In this document: positions 1-9,564 of the stretch, piece after piece
How the letters are laid out: the number at the start of each line of letters is the position of its first letter
Numbering within the stretch: the first letter of the stretch is position 1
From: an uncultured Gemmatimonadales bacterium
GTDB taxonomy: Bacteria > Gemmatimonadota > Gemmatimonadetes > Longimicrobiales > RSA9
DNA length: 64,000 nucleotides
Assembly: GCA_963741945.1 (NCBI GenBank)
Contig: CAVUKA010000008.1
Coordinates: forward strand, 1 to 64,000
Direction of reading: 5' to 3'
The notes under the pieces: model-generated
Database searches by the model: none
The model's input: the letters and a program-made list of their open reading frames with translations, nothing else
What the model was told of the DNA's origin: nothing
Translations under genes and position numbers: made by a program

Positions 1-39
1 ATAATCCAACGGTCGCAGGTTCGAGTCCTGCCGGGCCCA
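1..39 (+). tRNA. tRNA, 3' half only (probably tRNA-Ile, anticodon NAT cut by the window edge)
   Basis: Window opens in an anticodon loop (..ATAA), followed by T arm GCAGG-TTCGAGT-CCTGC and acceptor 3' strand CGGGCCC-A; CCA not encoded. Confidence 0.85.
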
Positions 40-63
40 CTCCCCTTCGAATCAGGAGGCTCC

Positions 64-1356
64 ATGAAGCGGACGCACCTGCTTGCCGCCGCCCTTGCCG
101 CCGGCACGCTGGTCACTTCTCTCGGGTGCATGGAAGCGGATGGCGTGGCGGCGTCGGATCCGGTGTGCGACGGCGACAACGGCGGACTCGTCCTCCCGGA
201 CGGGTTCTGCGCCGTCGTGGTGGCGGACGGGCTGCCCGCGCCCCGGCACATGGTGGTGGCCGCGAACGGTGATCTGTTCGTCGCCCTGGATGGTGCGGGC
301 GACGACGCGGGCGGCGTCATCGCGCTGAGGGATACCACCGGCGATGGTCGCGCGGACATCCGGGAGCGGTTCGACACCGAGGGTGGTACGGGAATCGGCC
401 TGTGGCGCGGTTGGCTCTATTTCGGACGGAATGGAGCGGTGGTGCGCTACCGTCTTCCCGAGGGCTCGCTCGAGCCGGCCGAAGGCCCCGAGGTCATCGT
501 GGGCGGGCTTCGGGCGCGTGGGAGTCACGTGGCGAAGTCGCTGGTGATCACTCCGGGCGGCGACCTTTTCGTGAACATGGGCTCACCCTCCAACTCGTGC
601 CAGGTGCGGGATCGGCAGCCCGGCTCGCCCGGGAAGGACCCGTGCCAGGAGCTGAACGACAATGCCGGGATCTGGCGCTTCGACGCGAGCACGCCCGGAC
701 AGACGCTCGACGACGGGGAGCGCTATGCCACCGGGATGCGGAACACGGTGGCGCTGGCCTTGAACCCGGCCGATGGGGACCTGTACGCCGCGATCCACGG
801 CCGCGACCAGCTGTACCAGAACTGGGGGCAGCATTACACGGCCGAGGAGGGTGCGGAGCTCCCCGCAGAGAAGTTCGTGCGCGTAACGCAGGGCGCCGAT
901 TTCGGGTGGCCGTACTGCTACTACGACCAGCGGCAGGGCGGCTACATCCTGGCCCCGGAATACGGCGGCCCGCAGGCCGGCGCGGACCGGTGCGCTGACC
1001 TGACGCAGCCGATCATCGGCTTCCCCGGCCACCTCGCGCCCGATGGCCTCACGTTCTACGAGCCGCCCGCGGGCGGCGAGTTCACTTTCCCGCAGCGGTA
1101 CCGTGGCGGTGCATTCATCGCATTCCACGGCTCCTGGAATCGCGCGCCGGAGCCGCAGGAGGGTGCGTACGTGGTTTTCGTGCCACGGAATGGGAATGAA
1201 TTCGGACCCGGCCATACCGTTTTCGCCCACGGGCAGCAGAACTGGGCGGAAACCCGGACGCACCGCCCGACAGGCGTGACCGTGGGCCCCGACGGCTCGC
1301 TGTACGTCTGCGATGACGCCGGTGGCAGGATTTGGCGGGTGATCTACCGCGGCTGA
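64..1356 (+). CDS. PQQ-dependent sugar / L-sorbosone dehydrogenase family beta-propeller lipoprotein
   Basis: SD AGGAGG; signal peptide with lipobox-like SLGC; motifs GMRNTV, DFGWPYCY, HLAPDGL, AFHGSWNR, RPTGVTVGPDGSLYVCDD. Confidence 0.85.
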   Translation: MKRTHLLAAALAAGTLVTSLGCMEADGVAASDPVCDGDNGGLVLPDGFCAVVVADGLPAPRHMVVAANGDLFVALDGAGDDAGGVIALRDTTGDGRADIRERFDTEGGTGIGLWRGWLYFGRNGAVVRYRLPEGSLEPAEGPEVIVGGLRARGSHVAKSLVITPGGDLFVNMGSPSNSCQVRDRQPGSPGKDPCQELNDNAGIWRFDASTPGQTLDDGERYATGMRNTVALALNPADGDLYAAIHGRDQLYQNWGQHYTAEEGAELPAEKFVRVTQGADFGWPYCYYDQRQGGYILAPEYGGPQAGADRCADLTQPIIGFPGHLAPDGLTFYEPPAGGEFTFPQRYRGGAFIAFHGSWNRAPEPQEGAYVVFVPRNGNEFGPGHTVFAHGQQNWAETRTHRPTGVTVGPDGSLYVCDDAGGRIWRVIYRG

Positions 1357-1380
1357 GGCGGGGGGCGGCGCCGGTCGACG

Positions 1381-1409
1381 TTGACAGGGACCGGCGGCGC
1401 CGTCACTTT
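1381..1409 (+). promoter_or_regulatory. Putative sigma70 promoter of secD operon
   Basis: TTGACA-17 bp-CACTTT; -10 match is weak. Confidence 0.45.
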
Positions 1410-1476
1410 TCGCCGTCTTTCGACGGGTTGCGGGCGCTCTGCCCACACGTCAGCAGAACGGGAGAAATCGGGAGCC

Positions 1477-3102
1477 ATGCTCGGCAGCTTGAAGGGTCGT
1501 GTCGCCCTGATCGTCCTGGTGGTCCTCGCCAGTGGCTGGTACATCTACCATAATGGGCTGAAGCGCGGCCTCGACCTCCAGGGCGGTATGCACCTGGTGC
1601 TCGAGGTTGAGGACCAGGCGGGAACCATGACGCCGCAGAGCCGGGCGGACGCCACGGACCGCGCGCTGAAGATCATCCGCACCCGGATCGACCAGTTCGG
1701 CGTCGAGGAACCGCTGATCCAGAAGGCGGGCGACGACCGGATCATTGTCGAGCTCGCGGGGATCCAGGATCAGGAGCGTGCCAAGTCCATCCTGAAGCAG
1801 ACCGCCTTCCTGGAGTTCTACCTCGTCGCATCCGAGCAGGAATTCCAGCAGTTCACCGCCTCGCTCCCGCGCATCGACCGCGCCGTGCTCGCTGCGTTCG
1901 GCGACAGTGCGGGCCTTGCGCCCGGGGGACCAGCGGAGGAAACGGGGCGGGAGACCGTCCAGAACCTCCTCTTCGGGGGCGACACGGCCCAGGCGGCCGC
2001 GGACAGCGCGGCCGGGAACGCCGCGTCGGATACCACGGCGCCGCCCACCCTGAACCGCCGCCCGTTCAGCGATCTGCTGATGCAGGGTGGTGGCGGGGAG
2101 ATGCTGGTGGCCGAGCGGGACTATGACACCGTGCAGCGCTGGCTTTCCAATCCTCAGGTGCAGCGGACCATCCCGCGGGGGATGATCCTGCGCTGGGGTG
2201 AACAGCCGACGGCGCAGGGAGCGGAGCTGTACCGTCCGCTTTACGTGCTGCAGGAGCGCCCGTTCCTGAAGGGCGAGGAGTTGCAGGATGCGCAGGCGGG
2301 CAAGGAGCAGCAGTACAACCAGACGATCGTCTCGTTCACCCTGACTCGCCGCGGCGGCCGTACGTTCGAGCGGGTCACGGGCCAGAACATTGGCGAGCGG
2401 ATCGCGATCGTCCTCGACAACGAGGTGGTGAGCGCGCCCGTGATCCGGAGCCAGATCGGCGCGCGCGGGCAGATCGAGATGGGGCAGGCGCCGCTCGAGG
2501 AGGCGCAGGACCTGGCGCTCGTGCTGCGTGCTGGCGCGCTCCCCGCGCCGCTCCGGGTGATCGAACAGCGGTCGGTCGGGCCATCGCTCGGCGCCGACTC
2601 CGTCGACAAGGGCGAGATCGCCGGCCTCGTGGGGCTGATCCTGGTGGTCGGGATCATGATCGCGTACTACCGCGTGTCCGGGCTTCTGGCCGTGAGCGCG
2701 CTGGCGGTCTACGTGATCCTGGTGATGGGCGGCCTGGCCGCGTTCAACGCCACTCTGACCTTGCCCGGCATTGCCGGCATGATCCTGTCCGTCGGCATGG
2801 CCGTGGACGCGAACGTGCTGATCTTCGAGCGAATACGGGAGGAGCTCGCTGCGGGGCGCGTCGCGCGCACCGCGGCCGACGAGGGGTTCAAGCACGCCAT
2901 GTCCGCCATCGTGGACTCGAACCTGACCACGCTGCTCACGGCGCTCATCCTGTTCCAGTTCGGTACCGGTCCCGTCCGCGGCTTCGCCGTGACGCTTTCC
3001 GTCGGGATCGTGGCATCGTTCTTCTCGGCGGTGTACGTCACGCGCACGTTCTTCCTGCTCTATCTCGCTCGCAAGCAGGCCACCGCCCCCATCAGCATCT
3101 GA
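1477..3102 (+). CDS. secD: Protein translocase subunit SecD
   Basis: GLDLQGGMHLVL, RIDQFGVEEP, LALVLRAGALPAPL, GMAVDANVLIFERIREE; start at ATG 1477 after GGGAG. Confidence 0.97.
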   Translation: MLGSLKGRVALIVLVVLASGWYIYHNGLKRGLDLQGGMHLVLEVEDQAGTMTPQSRADATDRALKIIRTRIDQFGVEEPLIQKAGDDRIIVELAGIQDQERAKSILKQTAFLEFYLVASEQEFQQFTASLPRIDRAVLAAFGDSAGLAPGGPAEETGRETVQNLLFGGDTAQAAADSAAGNAASDTTAPPTLNRRPFSDLLMQGGGGEMLVAERDYDTVQRWLSNPQVQRTIPRGMILRWGEQPTAQGAELYRPLYVLQERPFLKGEELQDAQAGKEQQYNQTIVSFTLTRRGGRTFERVTGQNIGERIAIVLDNEVVSAPVIRSQIGARGQIEMGQAPLEEAQDLALVLRAGALPAPLRVIEQRSVGPSLGADSVDKGEIAGLVGLILVVGIMIAYYRVSGLLAVSALAVYVILVMGGLAAFNATLTLPGIAGMILSVGMAVDANVLIFERIREELAAGRVARTAADEGFKHAMSAIVDSNLTTLLTALILFQFGTGPVRGFAVTLSVGIVASFFSAVYVTRTFFLLYLARKQATAPISI

Positions 3103-3121
3103 GGAAGGCACCGAGGCATAG

Positions 3122-4066
3122 ATGCGGTTATTCCAGAACGCGAACTACGAGTTCATCGAGCGGCGCCGGGGCGCCTACATGATCAGCGCCGCGGTGATCG
3201 CCGCCAGCATCGCGGCCATGCTGTTCTTCTCCGTGACGGGGCGTGGCTGGGTCAACTACGGCGTGGACTTCACCGGTGGCACGCTGGTCCAGATCGAGTT
3301 CTCCAAGCCGACCACGGTGGGCGAGCTGCGCAGTGTGGTGGGCCAGCTCCAGAAGCCCGAAGTGACGCGGTTCGGAGCGGAGAACGAGTTCCTGGTGCGC
3401 GTGCCTGAGTTCGCGGAAGAGGGCACCAACACCGCCGACCTGATCACGAACCTCCTGCGAACGCATTACGGCGAGGGCACGTTCAATGTGGTGCGCACGG
3501 AGGCGGTGGGCCCGAAGATCGGGAGCGAGCTCCAGGAGAAGGCGCTGATCGCCATCCTCCTCTCGTTCAGCCTGACCCTGATCTACCTGGCGTTCCGCTT
3601 CGAGTGGCGGTTCGGCGTGGCGGCGGTCATCGCCACGATCCACGACACGATCATCACGCTGGGGGTGATCTCGGGACTGCGCATCGAGGTCTCGCTCCCC
3701 ACAGTGGCAGCCGTGCTGACCATCATCGGCTACTCCCTCAACGACACGATCATCGTGTTCGACCGCGTCCGCGAGAATCTCAAGGGCTCCGGTCGCAGGG
3801 AGCCGTACCTCACCGTCCTGGACCGCTCGATCAATGAGACGCTGCCGCGCACCGTCCTGACGTCCGGGACGACGTTCGCCGTGCTGCTCGCCCTGTTCCT
3901 GCTCGGCGGAACCATCATTCGCAGCTTCGCCCTGATCCTCATCGTGGGCATCGTGGTGGGGACGTACTCGTCCATCTTCGTTGCGTCTCCCGCGCTGCTG
4001 GAGATCGAGGAACGCTCGGGAGAGAAGCACGCGAAGGCTGCTGGCGCTCGAAAGGCGCGCGCCTGA
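3122..4066 (+). CDS. secF: Protein translocase subunit SecF
   Basis: GVDFTGGT, VGPKIGSEL, IGYSLNDTIIVFDRVREN, GTYSSIFVASP; follows secD. Confidence 0.97.
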   Translation: MRLFQNANYEFIERRRGAYMISAAVIAASIAAMLFFSVTGRGWVNYGVDFTGGTLVQIEFSKPTTVGELRSVVGQLQKPEVTRFGAENEFLVRVPEFAEEGTNTADLITNLLRTHYGEGTFNVVRTEAVGPKIGSELQEKALIAILLSFSLTLIYLAFRFEWRFGVAAVIATIHDTIITLGVISGLRIEVSLPTVAAVLTIIGYSLNDTIIVFDRVRENLKGSGRREPYLTVLDRSINETLPRTVLTSGTTFAVLLALFLLGGTIIRSFALILIVGIVVGTYSSIFVASPALLEIEERSGEKHAKAAGARKARA

Positions 4067-4131
4067 ACCTCGGCGATCGGATGAAGGCCGCCGGCACTGA
4101 GCCGCGCGGCCTTCTTCGCATGCAGGAGACG

Positions 4132-4902
4132 ATGTACTTCGATTCGCACTGCCATCTGACCGACGAACGCTTCGAAGGGGAGGCGGCCGCGGCGGCGGAG
4201 CGTGCCCGGGCCGCCGGCGTACGGCGTTTCGTGCTCATCGGCTCGAACGACCAGGACGCAATGGCGGCCCTCGCGCTCGCGCGCTCGCTGGGCGTCTGGT
4301 CCACCGCGGGCATCCACCCGCACGAGGCGGCGGGCGAGCCCGGTCGGATCGAGCGAGTGCGCCAGCTCCTCGTGGAGGACCGGGTCGTGGCGATCGGCGA
4401 GACCGGCCTGGACTACCATTACGACAACTCACCACGCGCCGAGCAGCGCGCATCGTTCCAGCGGCACCTGGAGCTGGGCCAGGAGACGGGCAAGCCCCTG
4501 GTGGTACACGTCCGCGAAGCGGATGCCGACGCCATCGCCATGATCCGCGACGCCCCGGCCGGGGTCACCGGCGTGCTGCATTGCTTCGCGGGGACCCCCG
4601 CACTGTTCGAGGCCGGTGTCGAGGCCGGCTGGTACATCTCCTTTTCCGGTCTCGTCACGTTCGGCAGCTACGCGACGAAGGAGCTGGTTGCGGCCACGCC
4701 ACCGGATCGCCTGCTGATCGAGACGGATTCACCGTACCTCGCGCCGGTGCCGCACCGCGGCAAGCGCAACGAGCCCGCCCATGTGGTTGACGTGGCGCGG
4801 GCCGTGGCAGCGCTGAGGAACGAGTCGCTGGATGCGGTGGCCCGAGTGACCACCGCGAACGCCAATCGCTTCTACCGCCTGGATGACGAAGACCATGCGT
4901 AA
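4132..4902 (+). CDS. tatD: TatD family DNase
   Basis: DSHCHL, GIHPH, AIGETGLDYHY, HVREA, LHCF, ETDSPYLAP; ATG 4132 after AGGAG. Confidence 0.95.
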   Translation: MYFDSHCHLTDERFEGEAAAAAERARAAGVRRFVLIGSNDQDAMAALALARSLGVWSTAGIHPHEAAGEPGRIERVRQLLVEDRVVAIGETGLDYHYDNSPRAEQRASFQRHLELGQETGKPLVVHVREADADAIAMIRDAPAGVTGVLHCFAGTPALFEAGVEAGWYISFSGLVTFGSYATKELVAATPPDRLLIETDSPYLAPVPHRGKRNEPAHVVDVARAVAALRNESLDAVARVTTANANRFYRLDDEDHA

Positions 4903-5569
4903 CGTTCTTGGCCTGTTCGGCCGTTCTCCGTTCAAGCCGCTCGCGGAGCACGCGAAGCGGGTGCACGAGACCGTCCTCCTCATTCCGGACCTGGCCGACG
5001 CGTTCACGCGCGCGGACTGGGCGGCCACGCAGGAGACCTATGAGCAGATCTCCGAGCTGGAGCACAACGCGGACGAGTTGAAGAACGAGATCCGCGATCA
5101 CCTGCCCAAGTCCATGTTCATGCCGGTGGACCGTGGCGACATCCTGCTCTTCCTGAAGGAACAGGACGGCATTGCCGACGCGGCGGAGGACCTGGGCGTC
5201 CTCATGGCGATGCGCGAGACGCCCACGCCCCGGGCGATGATGCCGGAGTTCCGCCGCTTCGTCGAGCACGTAGTCACCACGAGCGAGCTCTGGTACCGGG
5301 TGGCGGAAGATCTGCCCCTGCTGCAGGAGGTGTCGTTCGCCGGCCCGGAAGTGGAGAAGACGCTCAGCCAGGTCAATCAGATCGCGGACATGGAGTGGCA
5401 GGCGGATCAGATGCAGTGGTCCAGCTCCCGTGCCCTGTTCGAGACGGAGACTGAGATCGGTGCGGTGTCCGTGGTGATCTGGATGCAGATCCTCCAGGCC
5501 CTCGGCCGCATCGCCAACCACGCGGAGAATACGGCGGACCTGCTTCGCCTCATGCTCGCCCGACGATGA
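4895..5569 (+). CDS. DUF47/TIGR00153 family phosphate transport regulator (PhoU-like)
   Basis: LFGRSPFKPL, LEHNADELK, MPVDRGDIL, QDGIADAAED; directly upstream of a PiT transporter; alternative start 4883. Confidence 0.9.
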   Translation: MRNVLGLFGRSPFKPLAEHAKRVHETVLLIPDLADAFTRADWAATQETYEQISELEHNADELKNEIRDHLPKSMFMPVDRGDILLFLKEQDGIADAAEDLGVLMAMRETPTPRAMMPEFRRFVEHVVTTSELWYRVAEDLPLLQEVSFAGPEVEKTLSQVNQIADMEWQADQMQWSSSRALFETETEIGAVSVVIWMQILQALGRIANHAENTADLLRLMLARR

Positions 5570-6834
5570 CCACGGCCACAGCGCTGCTCCTGGCCGCGAT
5601 CGTGGGAGGGGCGTACATGGCGTGGAACATCGGTGCCAACGATGTCGCCAACGCCATGGGGACGTCGGTCGGCTCGGGTGCGCTCACCCTCGCCCGCGCC
5701 GTAGTGCTGGCGGGCACGTTCGAGTTCCTCGGCGCCGTGCTGGTCGGCTCGCACGTCACCGCCACGATCCGGGGAAAGATCGTGGACGTGGCCGCGTTCG
5801 GCGCGGGCGGACCGCTGGGTGCGAACGGGCCGCTGATCCTGGCCCTCGGAATGCTGGCGGCGCTCATGGCCGCGGGGCTCTGGCTCCACCTCGCCACGTT
5901 CCTGTCCCTGCCCGTCTCCACCACCCACTCCATTGTCGGCGCGCTCATCGGCGTGGGGCTCGTGTCGTTCGGAATGGCGGGCGTGCACTGGGCCATGCTG
6001 GGCCGGATCGTGGCGAGCTGGATCGTGTCGCCGCTGCTGGGCGGGATTCTGGCCTATCTCACGTTCATGGTGGTCCGCCGTCGTGTGCTGCGCAGCGAGA
6101 CTCCGGTCCAGGCGACGCGCGAGGTCGCGCCCTACATGGTGGGCACCGTCATCACGCTCATCGTCCTGTCGTTCATCTTCAATGCACTCAAGAACGTCCT
6201 GTCGGAGCCGCCCTTCATCCTGGCCCTCGCCATTGCCCTGGCTTCCGGGCTCCTGGCCGGCGCGCTGACGCTCTTCGGCGTGCGACGGCGTCCGGCGCCC
6301 GTCGATGCGGACCCCTACGCCTATGTCGAGCGCACGTTCGCCAGCCTGCAGGTGATCACCGCTTGTTACGTGGCCTTCGCCCACGGAGCCAACGACGTCG
6401 CCAACGCCATCGGTCCGGTGGCCGCGGTCGTGAACCTGACCCAGAACGGCTTCACCGAGCTGGCGACGAGCGTTCCGGTGCCGCGCTGGATCCTCGTGGG
6501 CGGCGGCGCCGGAATCGTGCTCGGCCTCGGCACGTTCGGCTACCGCGTCATCGCCACCGTGGGGAAGGATATCACCGAGATCACACCCACCCGCGGCTTC
6601 AGTGCCGAGTTCGGGACCGCCACGACCGTCCTGGTGGCCAGCCGTCTCGGTCTGCCGATCTCGACCACGCACACGTTGGTGGGCGCCGTCATCGGGGTCG
6701 GCTTCGCCCAGGGAATGGCCGCCCTGAACATCCGCGTGATCCGCAACATCGTGAACTCGTGGCTGGCCACGGTGCCGGCGGCCGCGGTCGTGGGCGCCGC
6801 CCTCTTCATGGCGCTGAAGGCGATCGTGCTCTGA
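5566..6834 (+). CDS. pit: Inorganic phosphate transporter (PiT family)
   Basis: Two GANDVANA signatures, LPVSTTHSIVG, LPISTTHTLVG, many TM segments. Confidence 0.95.
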   Translation: MTTATALLLAAIVGGAYMAWNIGANDVANAMGTSVGSGALTLARAVVLAGTFEFLGAVLVGSHVTATIRGKIVDVAAFGAGGPLGANGPLILALGMLAALMAAGLWLHLATFLSLPVSTTHSIVGALIGVGLVSFGMAGVHWAMLGRIVASWIVSPLLGGILAYLTFMVVRRRVLRSETPVQATREVAPYMVGTVITLIVLSFIFNALKNVLSEPPFILALAIALASGLLAGALTLFGVRRRPAPVDADPYAYVERTFASLQVITACYVAFAHGANDVANAIGPVAAVVNLTQNGFTELATSVPVPRWILVGGGAGIVLGLGTFGYRVIATVGKDITEITPTRGFSAEFGTATTVLVASRLGLPISTTHTLVGAVIGVGFAQGMAALNIRVIRNIVNSWLATVPAAAVVGAALFMALKAIVL

Positions 6835-8636
6835 TGCCCCGGCGCATCCGCATCCTCCCCGACACGCTGGCCAACCAGATCGCCGCGGGCGAAGTGGTGG
6901 AGCGGCCGGCGTCCGTGCTGAAGGAACTCGTGGAGAACGCCCTCGACGCGGCGGCGACGCGCGTGGACGTGCTCGTCCGCAACGGCGGCAAGACGGAGAT
7001 CCGGGTTTCGGACGACGGGCACGGCATGAGCCGCGAGGACGCGCTTCTTTCGCTGGACCGCCACGCCACCAGCAAGATCGCGAGCGAGGACGACCTGCGC
7101 GCGGTGCGCACCTTCGGCTTCCGCGGCGAGGCGCTGCCGTCCATCGCTTCCGTTTCCCGCCTCACGCTCGAGACGGCCGAATCCCGCGGCGTGGGCACCC
7201 GCGTTCGCGTTTCGGCCGGGCGCGTGCTCGGTGCCGAGGAGTGCGCTCGGCAGCCGGGCACCACGGTCACGGTGCAGAACCTGTTCTTCAACGTTCCGGC
7301 GCGCGCGAAGTTCCTCAGGAGCGCCGCCGTGGAAACGCGCGCCATGGCGGATGTCCTGACCGCGCTCGCGCTGTCGAACCTGTCGGCCGGTTTCCGCCTG
7401 GAATCCAATGGTCGGGTGCTCATGGAGCTTCCGGGGGCACGGGACCTGGCCGGGAGGGCGGCAGCGCTCTGGGGCGACGACTTCGCAGGCGGGCTCGTGC
7501 CCGTGTCCGGCGGCGGGGGCGATGTCGCCGTGGCGGGCCTGGTCGAGCGCCCGGACGCGGCCGTGAGCGGTCCCCGGCGCGTCCACCTGTTCGTGGCCGG
7601 GCGCCCGTTCCGGGACCTGACGCTCGTGGCGGCCGCGGAGCGCGGCTATCGGACCACCGTCCCGCGGGGCGCCCGGCCTTCGCTCCTGCTCTACCTCGAC
7701 GTGCCGGGCGGCAGGGTGGATGTGAACGTCCACCCGGCCAAAGCCGAGGTCCGGTTCAACGCGCACGGCGAAGTGGAGGAAGCTGTCGAGGGCGCCGTGC
7801 GCGACGCTCTGGCGACGGTCGCCAGCGCCGCCACCCTGGATTCCCGACCGGCACCGCCGCAGATCCGCGTGCCGCGGACGGAGCCGCGTGGTGGCAATGA
7901 GAGTGCCACCCGGGGCGATGCCGTGGATCCGGGGCAACTGGCGTTCTTCGTCTCGGCTTCGCCGGACCGCGCGGCCGACCGCGCGGGGGGCGAGCGGGGA
8001 GGCGCGCCGGACGCCGAGCCCGTGGACGGGGCGGAGGCCGCAGGCGTGGATCCCGGGCGTCGCAGCGCGCTCTGGCAGATGCACGACAGCTATATCCTCG
8101 CGGAGACACGGAGCGGCCTGCTCATCATCGACCAGCACTCGGCGCACGAGCGGATCCTGTTCGAAGCGCTGATGCGCGATTTCGATGCGGGCGGCCGCCC
8201 CAGCCAGCGTCTGCTCTTCCCGATCACGCTCCGCCTCTCCCCCGCGGAGTATGCGGTGGTCGAGGACACGCAGGCTCTGCTGGCCCAGACGGGCTTCGAG
8301 GCGGAGCCGTTCGGCGGCCGCACGGTCATCATCCACGCCGCGCCGAATCCTCACCCCTGGTTCGATGCGGAGCGGTGCCTGCGCGACATGCTGGCGGAGC
8401 TGGCCGAAGGGAGCGAGCTGACCCGCTCGGCACGGACCCAGTACGAGCGGCTCGCCATGACGTTCGCGTGCAAGGGAGCGATCAAGGCGGGGCAGCGGCT
8501 GTCCGCCCGGGAGATGCAGCGCCTGTTCGATGAGCTCTTCTCGACACAGCTCCCGTATCACGACGTGCACGGGCGCCCCACCGTCATCCGCCTCTCCCTG
8601 AGCGAGCTGGAGCGCCGCTTCGGTCGGCATGGATAG
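6834..8636 (+). CDS. mutL: DNA mismatch repair endonuclease MutL
   Basis: NQIAAGEVVERPASVLKELVEN, HATSKI, GFRGEAL, VDVNVHPAKAEVRF, DQHSAHERILFE, ACK; ATG overlaps pit TGA. Confidence 0.97.
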   Translation: MPRRIRILPDTLANQIAAGEVVERPASVLKELVENALDAAATRVDVLVRNGGKTEIRVSDDGHGMSREDALLSLDRHATSKIASEDDLRAVRTFGFRGEALPSIASVSRLTLETAESRGVGTRVRVSAGRVLGAEECARQPGTTVTVQNLFFNVPARAKFLRSAAVETRAMADVLTALALSNLSAGFRLESNGRVLMELPGARDLAGRAAALWGDDFAGGLVPVSGGGGDVAVAGLVERPDAAVSGPRRVHLFVAGRPFRDLTLVAAAERGYRTTVPRGARPSLLLYLDVPGGRVDVNVHPAKAEVRFNAHGEVEEAVEGAVRDALATVASAATLDSRPAPPQIRVPRTEPRGGNESATRGDAVDPGQLAFFVSASPDRAADRAGGERGGAPDAEPVDGAEAAGVDPGRRSALWQMHDSYILAETRSGLLIIDQHSAHERILFEALMRDFDAGGRPSQRLLFPITLRLSPAEYAVVEDTQALLAQTGFEAEPFGGRTVIIHAAPNPHPWFDAERCLRDMLAELAEGSELTRSARTQYERLAMTFACKGAIKAGQRLSAREMQRLFDELFSTQLPYHDVHGRPTVIRLSLSELERRFGRHG

Positions 8637-9564
8637 GGACGTCATCGTCCTCACCGGTCCCACCGCTGTCGGCAAGAGTGCGCTGGCTCTCCCCCTCGCC
8701 GCCCGCCTCGGAGCCGAGATCATCTCCATGGACTCCCGCCAGGTCTACCGCGGGATGGACAGCGGCACCGCCAAGCCCAACGCGGCCGAGCGCGCGCGCA
8801 TCCCGCACCACGGCCTCGACCTGGTGGCGCCAGGCGAGCGATACAGTGCCGGCCGCTTTGCCCGGGACGCCCGGGGCTGGCTCGGCGGGATCCGCCAGCG
8901 GGGGCGGCGCGCTCTCCTGGTGGGTGGGACGGGCTTCTTCCTGCGCGCGCTCACGGACCCTCTCTTCGAGGAGCCCCCCATGGAGCCGCACCGGCGGCGC
9001 CGGCTCCGCGGATACCTGGCGGGTCTCCGAGACGACGAGCTCGCGCGCTGGCTGCGCGCGCTGGATCCGGTGAGTGCGCGCCGGCTGGAAGGTGGCGGGG
9101 GTGGCCGGCAGCGGCGGCTGCGCTCGCTGGAGCTGGCTCTGCTCACGGGCCGACCCCTGCCATGGTGGCACGCGAATCGCCCGGGTGCGGTCGAGCCGCT
9201 CCAGCCCATGATCTTCGTGATCGACCTGCCCCGCGAACGGCTCTACGACCGCATCAATCATCGGGTCGGGGCCATGATCGAGGCGGGACTGGTGGACGAA
9301 GCGCGCGGCTTGATCGCCGCGGGGCACCAGCCCGGGGAACCGGGACTCAGCGCTACGGGGTATCCAGAGGTCATGGCGCACCTGGCGGGAGAGCTGACGC
9401 TGGAGGAAGCGGCGGACCGGATCCGCCGCGCCACGCGCCGTTATGCCCGTCGGCAGCTGACATGGCTGCGCCATCAGCTGCCCGAGGGCGCAGTGTGGCT
9501 GGATGGCTCACGATCGGAACCGGAACTGGTGGAAGAGGTGTGGGGATGGGTGAGCGGAAGTTGA
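8629..9564 (+). CDS. miaA: tRNA dimethylallyltransferase
   Basis: GPTAVGKS, DSRQVYRGMDSGTAKP, VGGTGFF, TRRYARRQLTW; follows mutL. Confidence 0.97.
   Translation: MDRDVIVLTGPTAVGKSALALPLAARLGAEIISMDSRQVYRGMDSGTAKPNAAERARIPHHGLDLVAPGERYSAGRFARDARGWLGGIRQRGRRALLVGGTGFFLRALTDPLFEEPPMEPHRRRRLRGYLAGLRDDELARWLRALDPVSARRLEGGGGGRQRRLRSLELALLTGRPLPWWHANRPGAVEPLQPMIFVIDLPRERLYDRINHRVGAMIEAGLVDEARGLIAAGHQPGEPGLSATGYPEVMAHLAGELTLEEAADRIRRATRRYARRQLTWLRHQLPEGAVWLDGSRSEPELVEEVWGWVSGS

Noticed and set aside
4080-4117. GAAGGCCG...CGGCCTTC hairpin similar to the one after tRNA-Cys (about 34518-34560) as a REP family
   Set aside because: Only the stem base is shared and only two copies were seen; consistent with ordinary GC-rich terminator-type hairpins
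5622-6833. 404-aa N-terminal extension of the 1004-aa ORF containing MutL
   Set aside because: Alternative frame of pit with Arg/Gly/Pro-rich shadow composition; MutL homology starts at ATG 6834
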